Assembly (NCBI GenBank): GCA_965197925.1
Contig: CBDAOC010000018.1
Location: 224,001 to 288,000 of the forward strand
DNA from: Nitrososphaerales archaeon
GTDB lineage: Archaea > Thermoproteota > Nitrososphaeria > Nitrososphaerales > UBA213
Direction: 5' to 3'
Length of the DNA: 64,000 bases
The translations under genes were made by a program, and so were the position numbers. Below are positions 45,860-57,660 of the stretch, piece by piece; position 1 is the stretch's first letter; each line of letters starts with the position of its first letter. The notes under the pieces were generated by a model that saw nothing but the letters and a program-made list of their open reading frames with translations, was not told the origin of the DNA and searched no databases.

Positions 45860-46361
45860 ACGCCACGGCCAAACATCTTTTCTCCATGCTAGTCGCAGCA
45901 TTTACGATGACTATCTATCTTCGATATTAATCTTAGTTTATACTCAATTTATTAGAACAACAAAGCAATTTATTTAACAATTCGAAGGTAGAACAAATTG
46001 ATAAACATATTTCTACATAGTAACTAAGTTTGGTAAGGGCATTAATACTGTCCAGAATGGTAATGTTTCCTCCGGTAGATATCCAAATATCCCTTGCCTC
46101 AATCTTGATAATGAACTATCTGCCTGTTCTGGCAAGGAACAAATTCCTAGAGAATAACTTTCACATAACCAGTGATAACATTTGGGCAGGTCTGGTTCTT
46201 ATCTAGTCAATAAACAATTTAGAAAACAAAATGGTCTGTAATGAAAACCAAGGTCCCATAATTAAAGATTATTTTCACATTTGCCTCTTTGCAGACATGT
46301 ATTTCGAAAGGTGGGCCGAGGATTAGTTTTATCAAGCTACAAGTTAATTCCCTAAATAAAT

Positions 46362-48334
46362 GAGGCTTGGGCGTAATTTAGTTCGAAACGATAAGATCAG
46401 GTTTCTAGTTTTTATTGTTGATATGTTTAGCTCAGACTCGATACTTCTTCGTATATTATTTTTGATTGACGTGATTCCTTAGTCAAAACCTAATAGGAAA
46501 AGGGATAGACCATTCTACTATTCTCCTACAGTTATGGTGAGATGCTTCATCGTTAGAGTATGGATAAGAATACCAAGCAACAATGCTTTGTATGAATACT
46601 TTTCGATAGATATGCCATACAACAGGAAGGTAATGAAGGCATGTGGTCTTGATAGGTTGCCAGATAAAAGAACATTCGACAGAAGGTCAAGGCCATATCA
46701 ATTGACATACAACTCATCTCAAAACTAACCATTTAGACAATTTTTAGCGACCATTTAGATCTATGAATAGCGACATCTAAAATTATTTTATGAAATTCCA
46801 AGAATTATCAGACAAACAGTGGAGTATGATGGAATCACACATACCACCACATGCAAAAACTGGCAGGCCTAGGGATGATGATAGAAAAATCATTAACGGA
46901 ATAATCCATGTTCTAACTACTGGATGCCGATGGGACGATATGCCAAAAAGATATGGTGATGATTCTACTGCAAACAGAAGGTTAAACAAATGGCAACAAA
47001 AAGGAATCTGGAAAAAGATTCTATCACGTACTATTCACTCAGCACATAAATCTGGCAAAATTAATCTACAAAAAATATCAGTTGACTCTTCATCCATTCC
47101 TGATAAAAAAGGGGCAATGTAACTGGATATAATGGATTCAAGAGAATAACAGGTACAAAAATACATGCCGCAGTAGAGAGTAACGGATTTCCAATATCCA
47201 TACTGTTGAGTCCAGCAAATGAACATGACAGTACAAAATGCATGGATGTTACAGGATCAATTTCAGACTATCTTGATGATGATTCAATACAACAGATAGA
47301 ATCAGTTTATGCAGACAAAATGATGCAAAATACATCAGAATGTATTTGTGGGATAGAAATATTGCATGTTGCATCCCATACAAAATAAATCCCAAGTTCA
47401 TCTTGCAAAATAATGATTGCAAACATTACAGCAAGACAAGATTTGTAGTTGAGAGATTCCTTGCATGGCTCAAGAATGGATTTCACAGAACAAGAACCAG
47501 GTATGAAAGAACGGCAGAAAACTACCTGGCATTTGTTAATCTCGCATCATTTTTGATGTATTGTAGGGTTTTGAGATGAGTTGATAAGATCAAGGATAGA
47601 TGTTATGGGTATGCTCTTCATAAAAGATGGGTTGGTAGACCCAGCCATAGTATCCGTTGACAGTTCATTGTTGAAAGCAAAGGGACATGTATGGCATAGA
47701 TCAAACATGAAAAATGAAGTGCCACGCTCCGGTATAGATACAGATGCTCGATGGGGATTCAGCAGAACCAAGGGATGGGTATTCGGATACAAGATGCATC
47801 TAGCATGTAGTACTGGTTCGTTGATAGTTCCATTATCAGCTGATTTCACAACAGCTAACATTACTGATAACAAGATGTATGAAAGCATAACATCTTCATT
47901 GCCTACAGGAATGGTAAGGTATGTTGTAGGAGATGAAGGATATGATGATCACAAGTTATGTGATTTCAGCAGGTATAGAGGATTCCTGCTTGTATTCCCA
48001 TTGGAAAGGTATAGGCATACTACAGATAATAATAGACTGGCATTGCTGCAGTTCTATCAATCGGAATTTGGACAGCATGTATATTCTCGGAGGAGCATAA
48101 GCGTTGAGCCATTGATAGAGCATATGAAGGATGTATTTACCATAGATCCATTGCCAGTTAGAGGGTTCGATAAAGCTAGGAGTATCGTTCTGATTTCTAT
48201 ATTGCTATACCAGCTGATAGTATACTACAACTACTTGACAGGACGACCATTAAGGGCATTGAAGCACATGTTGGGAAGTTAATCAATCAGAGGCATCAAG
48301 TTATTTTTGTTATATGGAATAATGCCCATGCCTC
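46362..48334 (+). mobile_element. Lineage G IS copy 5, interrupted by a nested IS5 element
   Basis: Same TIRs; transposase split at gacATA|ATAagatc. Confidence 0.92.
46710..47583 (+). mobile_element. IS5-family element (lineage B, copy 2), nested
   Basis: Near-identical to 7090-7960; 3-bp TSD ata confirmed against uninterrupted lineage G copies. Confidence 0.94.
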
Positions 48335-48372
48335 ATATATTTAACCTAGAAGAACAAAAACATCAACAGTTA

Positions 48373-49392
48373 CTAAGTTATACCTACTAAACTTGCCAAT
48401 TCTTTTCTTGCCGCAGCGCCCAATACTTCAGCAGAATTCTCAGGGCTCATATGGTTCAAATAGATTCCGAAACCACGTTCAAGCCCAGACCAATTTGACA
48501 GTTGGGGGTACACTTCTAAATGCCAGTGAAGCTGTCTACTATTCTTCTTTTCCGGTGACAGATGAAACACCAAATTGTAAGAAATATCTTTCATCGCTTT
48601 AGACAACCCTCCAAGTGTTGCCCGTAGTATTAACGCAAAATCATTTATCTCCTTCTGGGTTATCCTCGAAAACAATGTTATATGCCTCTTAGGGCAAATC
48701 CAGAATTCATGTGGATGTGTCGGTGCCCACGGGCATAACGAAAGAAAGCTATCTGTAGCAAGTACTTGTCTAGGACCACCTGATTCAACGTTAATTACAT
48801 CACAAATTGGACACACACCCTTTTCATTTATGTATCTATGTGTAGCTTCTGCCTCTTGTTCTATCAATGGTGGTATAGTAGCGAATGTAACTATATCTAG
48901 ATGCGGATGTTCAAGATTTGAACCAGCATTCTCGCCATAGTTCAAATATATGGAAACATAAGTTACACTCTTCTGCGTATAAAGCCATCTTACTCTATCT
49001 TGAATTACAACCAGTACGTTTGCCAATTGTTCAACAGGAATATCCGATAGTTTCTGCTCATGTTCTGGAGATGCAACCACAATAAAATGATATCCATAAG
49101 CTGGTTCACTGTACAACGGCTTATCTCCATAAACCTTTTCTTGGGAAGTATTTACCACTGGTTCGTTACTTGGGAATACGCGTACACACCAATCTTCCAC
49201 ATAATTTTCCTCACTGTCAGCAAGTCTTTGTAGCATACCATCCTTTTGCACAAGTGCGAGGATGGCTGGCAATGTCATCCCCTCATTTCCAGGACAGTAT
49301 GGACATTTTCCATTGTTGGTATCATTATCTCTATGATTGTTCGGAATTATAACAAATCTATCGAGTAAATAATCCTTCCTTAGTTCTGCCAT
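48373..49392 (-). CDS. galT: Galactose-1-phosphate uridylyltransferase (GalT family)
   Basis: ELRKD, CPYCPGNE, AGSNLEHPH, HWHLEVYP. Confidence 0.85.
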   Translation of the reverse strand: MAELRKDYLLDRFVIIPNNHRDNDTNNGKCPYCPGNEGMTLPAILALVQKDGMLQRLADSEENYVEDWCVRVFPSNEPVVNTSQEKVYGDKPLYSEPAYGYHFIVVASPEHEQKLSDIPVEQLANVLVVIQDRVRWLYTQKSVTYVSIYLNYGENAGSNLEHPHLDIVTFATIPPLIEQEAEATHRYINEKGVCPICDVINVESGGPRQVLATDSFLSLCPWAPTHPHEFWICPKRHITLFSRITQKEINDFALILRATLGGLSKAMKDISYNLVFHLSPEKKNSRQLHWHLEVYPQLSNWSGLERGFGIYLNHMSPENSAEVLGAAARKELASLVGIT

Positions 49393-49591
49393 CCCACATA
49401 TTCCTCCGTCTCTTGAAATTTAAGAGTATCCTTTTCCAAGTTACAATCAGAACATTTACACTTACAATCTTTTGAGTACAATATAAATCCCAATTAGAAT
49501 TGTATCGTTTTGTAACTTCATAATTTTCTCTGGATAAAGAAATTTACACTACTCAATATTGTTATAAAGCTGAGCATACCAAAGGCGGTTT

Positions 49592-50854
49592 ATGGTAAAA
49601 CTCATTTACATACTTTTGGATGGAGTTGGAGACTTTCCAAATTCCTCACTAAATGATTTAACCCCGCTTGAAGCTGCCTACACTCCAAACATGGATTTTC
49701 TTGCAAGAAACGGGGTGATGGGTAGGGTTTACAGTGTTGGGAAAGGAATAGCACCAGAATCTGATATAGCAGTTTTCAACATGCTAGGATACAGATTCGG
49801 GCACAAAGAATATGTTGGAAGAGGTGTTATAGAAGCTATAGGATCAGATTTAGATTTAAGAGAGGGCGATCTTACATTTCGTGGAAATTTCGCAACTATT
49901 GATAATAAATTGAATATAATAGATAGGAGAGCAGGGAAGGATATTGAAAAAGATGAAGCAGAAATGATCTCGAAAGCTATTACCGAGAGTGTAAAACTGT
50001 CGGCTGGTACATTTGTGTTGAAACCTACATTGGCCCATAGGGTTGTGTTGAGTATAAGACCAGAAAAGGGTAAATTATCTGCGGAGATATCCAATACAGA
50101 CCCTACTTATATGCGGTTAAGGGGTATGGGAGTTGCTAGACCTGTTGGGAAGAAAATTAAATTATTAAAATGTAGATCTTTGAATAGGATGAAATCTTCA
50201 AAGCTTTCAGCCAAACTTGTCAATGAATTCTCGAGAAAATCTACTAAGGTTATGATGGAGAATCAAGTCAATAGGAATAGAAAAAATGCTGGGAAGATGG
50301 AGATTAACTGTATACTTTTGAGAGATGCAGGAAACAGGATGCCAATACTTCAACCTATAAGCAATGCATACGGTATCAATTTTGCATGCATTGTTGATAT
50401 GCCCGTGGAAAAAGGGATAGCAAAGATAGCAGGAATGCAGATATTAGATGCCGGACGTATAACTGATTTCGAAAAGAAGGCTGATGTTCTTTCTAAATGT
50501 TTGGATGATAAAGATGCCGTCTATGTACACATTAAAGGTCCAGATGAATTTGGTCATGATGGTAATGCTGAAGGCAAGAAGAAAAGTATAGAAGAAATTG
50601 ATCGGAGGCTTTTCGGCCCCATACTTGATCTAATAGATATTGAAAAAACGGCCGTAGCTATATCAGGCGATCATTCAACTCCATGCACGAAGAAGGGGCA
50701 TAGCGACGATCCCGTTCCATTGCTTATTTCTGGAACAATGGTTAAGCGTGATAACACAGCGAGGTTTGCAGAAAGTCATGCTGTAAAGGGCTCTCTTGGA
50801 ATTATGCAAGGATATGAAGTATTAAGCAAAATCATTAATCTTATCAAATCTTAA
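49592..50854 (+). CDS. apgM: 2,3-bisphosphoglycerate-independent phosphoglycerate mutase
   Basis: DGVGD, TPLEAA.TPNMD, PESD, KGPDEFGHDG, GDHSTP. Confidence 0.93.
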   Translation: MVKLIYILLDGVGDFPNSSLNDLTPLEAAYTPNMDFLARNGVMGRVYSVGKGIAPESDIAVFNMLGYRFGHKEYVGRGVIEAIGSDLDLREGDLTFRGNFATIDNKLNIIDRRAGKDIEKDEAEMISKAITESVKLSAGTFVLKPTLAHRVVLSIRPEKGKLSAEISNTDPTYMRLRGMGVARPVGKKIKLLKCRSLNRMKSSKLSAKLVNEFSRKSTKVMMENQVNRNRKNAGKMEINCILLRDAGNRMPILQPISNAYGINFACIVDMPVEKGIAKIAGMQILDAGRITDFEKKADVLSKCLDDKDAVYVHIKGPDEFGHDGNAEGKKKSIEEIDRRLFGPILDLIDIEKTAVAISGDHSTPCTKKGHSDDPVPLLISGTMVKRDNTARFAESHAVKGSLGIMQGYEVLSKIINLIKS

Positions 50855-51401
50855 AATATTCAATATTTTTCGTATTCATGATAATTAGTAACATCTGCTT
50901 AAACCTACTCATATCTATTCCAAAATATATTCCACTAGTACTATCCAATTTTTCTATTGCTCTACCAAGAATTGATATACTTATATTATCTTCATCTTTC
51001 TGGCTGTGCACAAAGGCTGCGCATGTAAGTATAATACCTTGTAACAAATATTTTTCGTTACCATGTTCCAACCTCCAAACACCTTCAAGAACTTCATGAC
51101 ATTCCCAATATCGTTCGTCATTGAAGAGAGACTTGGCATATTCAATAGCCTTCTCTTTTTCCATTGGCTTATCAATTATCTTTTTCTTATTTGCAATTGA
51201 AGATATCCTCGACAATTTTAATAATAAATTTTCTAGTTTTTCATCTGAAATTGAAATATCGAATTCAATATATTTACTGGAAATACGTGAATCTCTTATA
51301 ATTATATTATCATCTGCAAGATTTCTAGCCCTGAATAGCAATTCCCGGGCATTCTTTACATTGTATCCATTGTTTTGTAGGTGTATTATGTAGCGGGTCA
51401 T
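50844..51401 (-). CDS. DUF309-domain protein
   Basis: FN.ERYWECHEVLEGVW...QGII. Confidence 0.85.
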   Translation of the reverse strand: MTRYIIHLQNNGYNVKNARELLFRARNLADDNIIIRDSRISSKYIEFDISISDEKLENLLLKLSRISSIANKKKIIDKPMEKEKAIEYAKSLFNDERYWECHEVLEGVWRLEHGNEKYLLQGIILTCAAFVHSQKDEDNISISILGRAIEKLDSTSGIYFGIDMSRFKQMLLIIMNTKNIEYFKI

Positions 51402-51485
51402 TTAAGCTAAAAATTACTTCATTATTATAAATGAATTATTGTGCCACGCTAGGTTTATATGAGTTTCAAAGGGCAGTAATCCCAC

Positions 51486-51935
51486 TTGAACGAAATAGTA
51501 ATGTTGGAAGATAAAATCAATGGACTTTTGAAACGGCGTGAGGTAAATTGTACATTTAAGGGTTATGCGGGTAAGTTAACGAGGAAGGAAGCCGTGGAAA
51601 AGGTTGTCAAAGAACTCAAGTTAGACAATAAATTTGTCATACCGGTGAGTCTTATGTGTAATACGGGTATCAACGATATTAAATGCACCTTTTATGTTTA
51701 TGATGAGGAAACCTTGGCGAGGATACATCTTCCGAAACACCTTTTCAAGAGAATGCTTACGAAAGAAGAGAGCAAGGAGAAAAATGTGGAAAAAGATAGA
51801 GGGAAAGTTCCTGACAGTCCTCCAAAGGAAGTGAATGAACTTGTAGTTACAGGAGGAAAGAATGAGGATGCCAAAATTGAAGAACTGAGTAAAGAAGTTG
51901 GAGAGAAAGATAAACCTGAAGAGGAGGTTAAATAA
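51486..51935 (+). CDS. rps24e: 30S ribosomal protein S24e
   Basis: N.LLKRREV, TRKEA, YVYD; acidic tail; precedes S27ae. Confidence 0.85.
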   Translation: MNEIVMLEDKINGLLKRREVNCTFKGYAGKLTRKEAVEKVVKELKLDNKFVIPVSLMCNTGINDIKCTFYVYDEETLARIHLPKHLFKRMLTKEESKEKNVEKDRGKVPDSPPKEVNELVVTGGKNEDAKIEELSKEVGEKDKPEEEVK

Positions 51936-51937
51936 TA

Positions 51938-52114
51938 GTGGGAAAGAAGGGACAGAACACAAGCGTATGGAAGTATTACAAAGTTCAGGATGAGCAGGTA
52001 AAAAAATTGAAGAAAGAATGCTCTAGATGCGGTAAAGGAGTATTCATGGGGGAACATAAGGATAGGGTGACTTGTGGTAAATGCGGCTATACAGAATTCA
52101 AGAGTAAGCCTTGA
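51938..52114 (+). CDS. rps27ae: 30S ribosomal protein S27ae (58 aa, missing from ORF track)
   Basis: GTG start; [29 protein letters not shown]. Confidence 0.93.
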   Translation: MGKKGQNTSVWKYYKVQDEQVKKLKKECSRCGKGVFMGEHKDRVTCGKCGYTEFKSKP

Positions 52115-53744
52115 TACAAGTTTTTATTTCGTCTCTAACAGCAGATATTATTCCTAATACTAGTGTCGGATAGAACAGTGATATGTATTTTTTATCTAAC
52201 GCCTTCTTCATTATTGATACATATTCTATCTGTAAATATCCATCGAGAAATGCCTTAACTACCTTTCGGGCTCCTTTTTCATTCGAAGTAAATTTCATCG
52301 AGTAATATATGAAGCATGCAATATCCCACGCTTGATCATCATTATATCCAAACTGCTCTAGATCTGTAAAATAAAATCTATTGTGACTAAGCAGTATGTT
52401 GCTTGCTTTTGTGTCCATCAAGGTGTATCCCCTAGTATGTATCAGCTGGAGTAACCGTCCCCATTGTGCTATAGGTTCAGTATCCTCAGATTTGTTTAAT
52501 AACACTAATTCTATTATTTCGCTCAATTTCGTGCCCTCTATATATCTAGTTATCAGCAATTTTTTGTGGGGTACACTTGCAACAATATCTGGAGTGTTAA
52601 AACCTATGCTTTTCAAATATCCTATGGTACTATACTCTCTAAGCATCCTTGTTGTAGGATCTGTGTCAAACTTCTTTACACCTAAGGCCCAAACATTTAT
52701 TGCAGCCCATTTCATCGCCTTTATGCTCGCGAATTGCTTCATAACTAGTCTTTCTGATCTCTCATTTTCACTTATCGTATAGAGTGTAGTAGCTGCGTGT
52801 AGATCTCCTAGTTTTTTTCGACTTACAGAATATTCTCTAAAGTTCAAGGCAGCTGCTAACTCTTTCATCCATCGATCTCCTTCAATACGTATTCCTACCT
52901 CCAGTTTAAGTAACGAACCTGGTCTTTCCAATTCTTTAGGAAAATTCTTAATATTTTTCCGTCTTTTTAGTTTAGATCTAGCTTCCTGCTTAACGAAATT
53001 GAGGGTTCTCCTTCCTGCGTATGTATGTATTAGCCAAGAAAACACGCCTCTCATAGCACTTGAAATTTTAATAGATGCTTTATCTGAAGATCTGAATTTT
53101 ATTCTTCCCTCTAAGATTCTGACATATCCGTTATCCAGTTGCACATATCCTTCTTTTTCAAGATCCTGTAATGCCAACTCAAAACCTTTCACGCTCTTTT
53201 CCAGATTTTTCCTACCATGATCTTCTGAATAGGTTTTTGCATAACTGTACAATGCATGAGGAAAAATTCTTCCTCTCTTTTGCAATTTAGAATAGAGGAA
53301 ATAATTTATAGGGATCAGGAGATGTGGGTAAAGAGAATCCGTAACTGAAAGTTCCCTCAACTCCTCCAATATAACTCGTTTCTTATATGTCCTTTCTATA
53401 TCTGCAAGGTAGTTTGCATTTGTCAAGGATTCATATGGGTGTAAGAGTCTTCCAACAACAAATTCTCCTAATAAGGCCTTTTCTGCATCTTTAATGAGTG
53501 ATCTGCTGTCAACAATTAAAATGGAAACATCTAATTCATTTTTTTCATACATATATTTTATGGTATGACTATATTTTTTTAGAATTAGTAAAAGATCGTA
53601 ATCGCTATCCGCCCTTGCATACCCTGCAACTTTAGACCCATAGGCACAACACGCTTCAATGTCATGATTGTCAGCAAGTTTCACCATGATCTTATGTAGA
53701 TTATCCTTTGTATCACTATCAAGAATCTGTTTGTCATTCAACAT
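52098..53744 (-). CDS. Nucleotidyltransferase plus kinase-like fusion protein
   Basis: [14 protein letters not shown] at N-terminus; H..G....D.K.SNIL and TDLEQ at C-terminus. Confidence 0.75.
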   Translation of the reverse strand: MLNDKQILDSDTKDNLHKIMVKLADNHDIEACCAYGSKVAGYARADSDYDLLLILKKYSHTIKYMYEKNELDVSILIVDSRSLIKDAEKALLGEFVVGRLLHPYESLTNANYLADIERTYKKRVILEELRELSVTDSLYPHLLIPINYFLYSKLQKRGRIFPHALYSYAKTYSEDHGRKNLEKSVKGFELALQDLEKEGYVQLDNGYVRILEGRIKFRSSDKASIKISSAMRGVFSWLIHTYAGRRTLNFVKQEARSKLKRRKNIKNFPKELERPGSLLKLEVGIRIEGDRWMKELAAALNFREYSVSRKKLGDLHAATTLYTISENERSERLVMKQFASIKAMKWAAINVWALGVKKFDTDPTTRMLREYSTIGYLKSIGFNTPDIVASVPHKKLLITRYIEGTKLSEIIELVLLNKSEDTEPIAQWGRLLQLIHTRGYTLMDTKASNILLSHNRFYFTDLEQFGYNDDQAWDIACFIYYSMKFTSNEKGARKVVKAFLDGYLQIEYVSIMKKALDKKYISLFYPTLVLGIISAVRDEIKTCIKAYS

Positions 53745-53752
53745 TACCGCAA

Positions 53753-54511
53753 TTACCTCTTCCTGGGATATTTTTGAGAGCTCATCTCATTAATTTTCTT
53801 CCTGAGATTTTGGTCTATTTGAGTATTCAGCATTGCATTCATAGGTATTCTAATTGTATTTTCATCCATACTAATCCTGCATGCAGGCATACCTTTCTCC
53901 AACCACATTTTGATACATTTATTTTCAAGTTTAGGATCGTGAAAACCTTCAGGAAATTTTTTCGTAATTAATTGAAGTAACGATCTATCTCTAAACACAG
54001 TTTTAGGTTCAATAATTTTTGTTGAATCAATATATGAGCTTTCAAAAAATGTGCCTGATATTTCATCAGATATCATATCCATCTTGACCATTCTCACCAT
54101 TAGTTCTAAATAGTGAAGGAATTCATGTGCTAAAACAGCATGAATAGTACCCTTCATACCATATGCTATGAGTGGGGCAGTGAGCTGTATAAGGACATTA
54201 ACCTTATTATCTAAACTTACGACAGGAATAGTTCTAGCGAATAAAACCCCAACCTCATTTATCTCTAACGGAGAAACAGATAGCACAATGCTGGGTTCAA
54301 CATAGTATGATGGATAACTAATGCCAGAGGTTTTTGCAACTCTTTTAACACCTTCCTGTACGAACTTGAACCTATCTTGAATCTTCTTGTAAATACTTTG
54401 AGGGATCAGATTTGCAAGTTTGGCATCGTCAATCTTTCTAAGCGGATCCACTTTATCAATTTCCAACCGGCGATACAAAAGTGTTTGGTTATCAATCAAC
54501 AAATTCAACAT
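53753..54511 (-). CDS. Hypothetical protein with HEXXH motif (start likely downstream)
   Basis: AHEFLHYLE. Confidence 0.7.
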   Translation of the reverse strand: MLNLLIDNQTLLYRRLEIDKVDPLRKIDDAKLANLIPQSIYKKIQDRFKFVQEGVKRVAKTSGISYPSYYVEPSIVLSVSPLEINEVGVLFARTIPVVSLDNKVNVLIQLTAPLIAYGMKGTIHAVLAHEFLHYLELMVRMVKMDMISDEISGTFFESSYIDSTKIIEPKTVFRDRSLLQLITKKFPEGFHDPKLENKCIKMWLEKGMPACRISMDENTIRIPMNAMLNTQIDQNLRKKINEMSSQKYPRKR

Positions 54512-55592
54512 TTAAAATATCGAAAGAACTACACGTTGCTTTACACCCTATGATTTTTGAAATATTTGGTGTCATATCCTTACACTCTACGAACTGTTTT
54601 ATTGTAAGCCCACCATCAACAACCATCAATAATGTTAGAATATTCTTCAATGCGTTTGCTTTTATTTGATAAATCTTCCTGCTTACTTCTTGTCCATGTC
54701 TTCCAGAGAATCTTACATATGTGTTATTCAGATTATTTAGCTTCTCTAATAAAGCGTTATTGATTTCAGAAGCACATTCTACTATCAATTTAACCTTCAT
54801 CTTGAATTTTATAGGCTTGTCAGGTAATCTTTCAACCCTTTTAAGGAATTTGACCTGTACCCCATCTTCATTGACAAATCTTGGCCTGGAAAATCTTGTT
54901 TTTGGATTGATAATCTTTACAAAAAAAGGTCTTCCATCATTGAGAACCAAACTATCCTTATCCTCGCCTCCCATCCATGCAAATTTTGTACTTTCACACT
55001 TAAAGGAATCAATCAACTTTCCTTCTATTATACCCTCTATACTGTCATACCCAGATAATCTAATATTCTTACATTTTGAGCAGCTTTTGTCCATACAAAT
55101 ATTACAACGTTGTCGTTTCTGTCTCAAACCCCTTGTGTGCTTCACATATCTACCGAATAGAAATACAGGCCCCGACCTTACCTTCACATCTTTTGTGACA
55201 GGGTTGATATTGATTGTGACATCTGGTTTGTTATAGTCCACTTGCCTTCCAGATTTTCTACTAAGCCTTTTACCTAACTCTTTTGTTAGATTGTTCTTCA
55301 CATTTTCTGTACCTTTGATCTTAAACCTTGATCTGATTTCGTCTTCCCGTTCCAGCATGACGGATGGTAAAACTGCACCTATGAGGAAAGTATTGTATGT
55401 ATACATCTTCAATTCTGCAAGAACAATTTCTAACAAATCATCAATCCTATCCATTAATCCATTACAGATATAGCATTCATTTTTTATTTTCTTACTATTT
55501 TTAGATATCTTCTTAGATGATTGTCTTGCAAGACAGATAGTGCATAGAGTATATTTTTTCAGGATATCTGACTCTGTTACGGTATTAACCAA
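54492..55592 (-). CDS. pus10: tRNA pseudouridine synthase Pus10
   Basis: Zn motifs, GRYVK..RG..Q, GGEDKDS..L..GRPF, GGLTIKQFV. Confidence 0.9.
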   Translation of the reverse strand: MVNTVTESDILKKYTLCTICLARQSSKKISKNSKKIKNECYICNGLMDRIDDLLEIVLAELKMYTYNTFLIGAVLPSVMLEREDEIRSRFKIKGTENVKNNLTKELGKRLSRKSGRQVDYNKPDVTININPVTKDVKVRSGPVFLFGRYVKHTRGLRQKRQRCNICMDKSCSKCKNIRLSGYDSIEGIIEGKLIDSFKCESTKFAWMGGEDKDSLVLNDGRPFFVKIINPKTRFSRPRFVNEDGVQVKFLKRVERLPDKPIKFKMKVKLIVECASEINNALLEKLNNLNNTYVRFSGRHGQEVSRKIYQIKANALKNILTLLMVVDGGLTIKQFVECKDMTPNISKIIGCKATCSSFDILNVEFVD

Positions 55593-56913
55593 TACCGAAT
55601 CTCCTTAACAAACCTTGCATCTGCCTGCCCTTCGATGCTTTCATGACATCCTTTGAGCGTTTGTAATTTGTTAACAATTCTTTCACGTCGCGTTCGGGTA
55701 ATCCACAACCACGCGCAACACGTTTTATTCTTGAAGCATTAAAAAGATCTGGATTAATCCTTTCTTTCTTTGTCATGGATTGTATGACATAACGCCATTT
55801 AATCATCTTTTTTTCCATCACATCAATATCATCGTCTTTCATTGCACCAGACAGGCCTGGAATATGTTCAAAGACGGCTCGTAACGAACCCATCTTTCCT
55901 ACTTGTTCAAGTTGGAAGTAGAAATCATCTATCGTCATCTTTCCACTTGTTATTCTCTTAACTTTTGCTTCATCAGCTTCTGACTCGAGTGTCCTGGCCA
56001 TATCCAGTAACGCTTTGACATCTCCCATTCCGAGTAATCTTCCAACAAATCTAGTGGGTGAGAATTGTTCTAGGTCATCTATTCTTTCACCAGTTCCAAT
56101 AAACATTATCCTTGCCCCGGTAGCAGCGGCTGCAGATAAAGCTCCACCTCCTTTTGCTGAACCATCGAGTTTTGTTACAATTATACCGCCTACCGGAACA
56201 GTGTTGTGAAATGATGCCGCTTGATTGTAACATTGTTGTCCTATGGTCCCATCTATAACAAGTACCACAAGATCTGGGGCAACTTTTTTGTAAATATTGT
56301 TCATTTCGTCTAGCAACTCCTTTTCTTCTTTATGTCTTCCAGCCGTATCGACTATGATAACATCAAGGTTGGATGATTTGAAATAATCTAGCCCTTTCCT
56401 AGATACTTCTACTGGATCTTTTAAGCTTTCATCTCCATATACATCAACATTGATTTTTTTACAAATCATCTTCAGCTGAGTAAGCGCACCAGGTCTGAAG
56501 GTATCTGCACCTATTACACCAACAGCGTATCCATGCTTTGATAACCACCTAGCTATCTTGCCAGTAACTGTCGTCTTCCCGCTTCCTTGGATACCAATCA
56601 TCAGCATAATGTTTGTCTTATTTGGTTTGAAGTAGAGCGGTTTCTCCTCACCAAGCAATCTTGCCAGTTCATCATATAATATCTTTACAATATGATCCTT
56701 TCTTAACAATCCTGGAGGAGGTTGCTCGTGTAAAGCTCTCTGTTGGAGTTTGTTTGTGACATCCAGAACGAGCTTAACGTTAACGTCAGAACCTAGAAGT
56801 GATCTCTGTACGTCCTTCGCAAGGTCTTTGATCAAATTTTCATCTATGTTGGAGGCTCCAACAAGCTTTTTCAGTGCGCCTCTTAACCCAGTTCTCAGAG
56901 AGTCTAGAACCAT
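55585..56913 (-). CDS. srp54: Signal recognition particle protein SRP54
   Basis: GIQGSGKTT, DTAGRH, TKLDGSAKGGG, M-domain. Confidence 0.97.
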   Translation of the reverse strand: MVLDSLRTGLRGALKKLVGASNIDENLIKDLAKDVQRSLLGSDVNVKLVLDVTNKLQQRALHEQPPPGLLRKDHIVKILYDELARLLGEEKPLYFKPNKTNIMLMIGIQGSGKTTVTGKIARWLSKHGYAVGVIGADTFRPGALTQLKMICKKINVDVYGDESLKDPVEVSRKGLDYFKSSNLDVIIVDTAGRHKEEKELLDEMNNIYKKVAPDLVVLVIDGTIGQQCYNQAASFHNTVPVGGIIVTKLDGSAKGGGALSAAAATGARIMFIGTGERIDDLEQFSPTRFVGRLLGMGDVKALLDMARTLESEADEAKVKRITSGKMTIDDFYFQLEQVGKMGSLRAVFEHIPGLSGAMKDDDIDVMEKKMIKWRYVIQSMTKKERINPDLFNASRIKRVARGCGLPERDVKELLTNYKRSKDVMKASKGRQMQGLLRRFGIG

Positions 56914-57660
56914 TCAGTCTTCGTTATCTACTGAGGCATCCGGTATTTCAAATTAATGAATGACTATTTTGTCTATTAGAGACGGCAGAAGCCTATTTAG
57001 GCGGGTTCGTAAGTTCAACTTAATCTTCTTGTTATAGAGGATTAAACTGCTGAAATATTGATATTTATGGAATCTATTTGTGTTACTAAATATGTCAGAT
57101 ATGTGAAAGTGTAGTAGTAAGTACATTACAATGCGTAGTAGAAAGATACCAAATAAGCTAACCTAAGTTGGAAGCGTTGCAACAAGTATTCTGACTATCT
57201 ACTTGGTACTTCGGCAAACAAATTCTAGGTTAATATCACCAAATAACCATCTAATTTTTCTATTTTGATAAAATGGAGTGAATTAATTAATGACAGTTTT
57301 ATGATTTAGCAACATTTGTTTTTTTCTTGATTTTACCTTGTAGCCACATTTATTTTGGATTATAATATCTTATTTTGATATTATAGAAGTGTAACATGAT
57401 AAATTCAAATGAAATGTGGTACAATTGAAAATATTTCTCCTAAGCTATTTGTGTAAATACCCAAACATCGAATCTCCTTTTTCCGATAGGAATTCCTGGA
57501 GGTTTTGGTCTGCCTCCCGATTATCTAAGGACAGCTTACTCAATCTGCCTCATTCTTAATTGAAGTCATCTTTGGACTATGGCATCATAACCATTAAAAT
57601 ATCACAAATTGTTCTTTCTATATATTTACTATAATATAGGAGAAATAGTTCTTGCGGGAA

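Noticed and set aside
45861..45930. Small RNA in the tRNA-Trp leader
   Set aside because: Only a short hairpin and a 9-nt match to the D loop; not enough support
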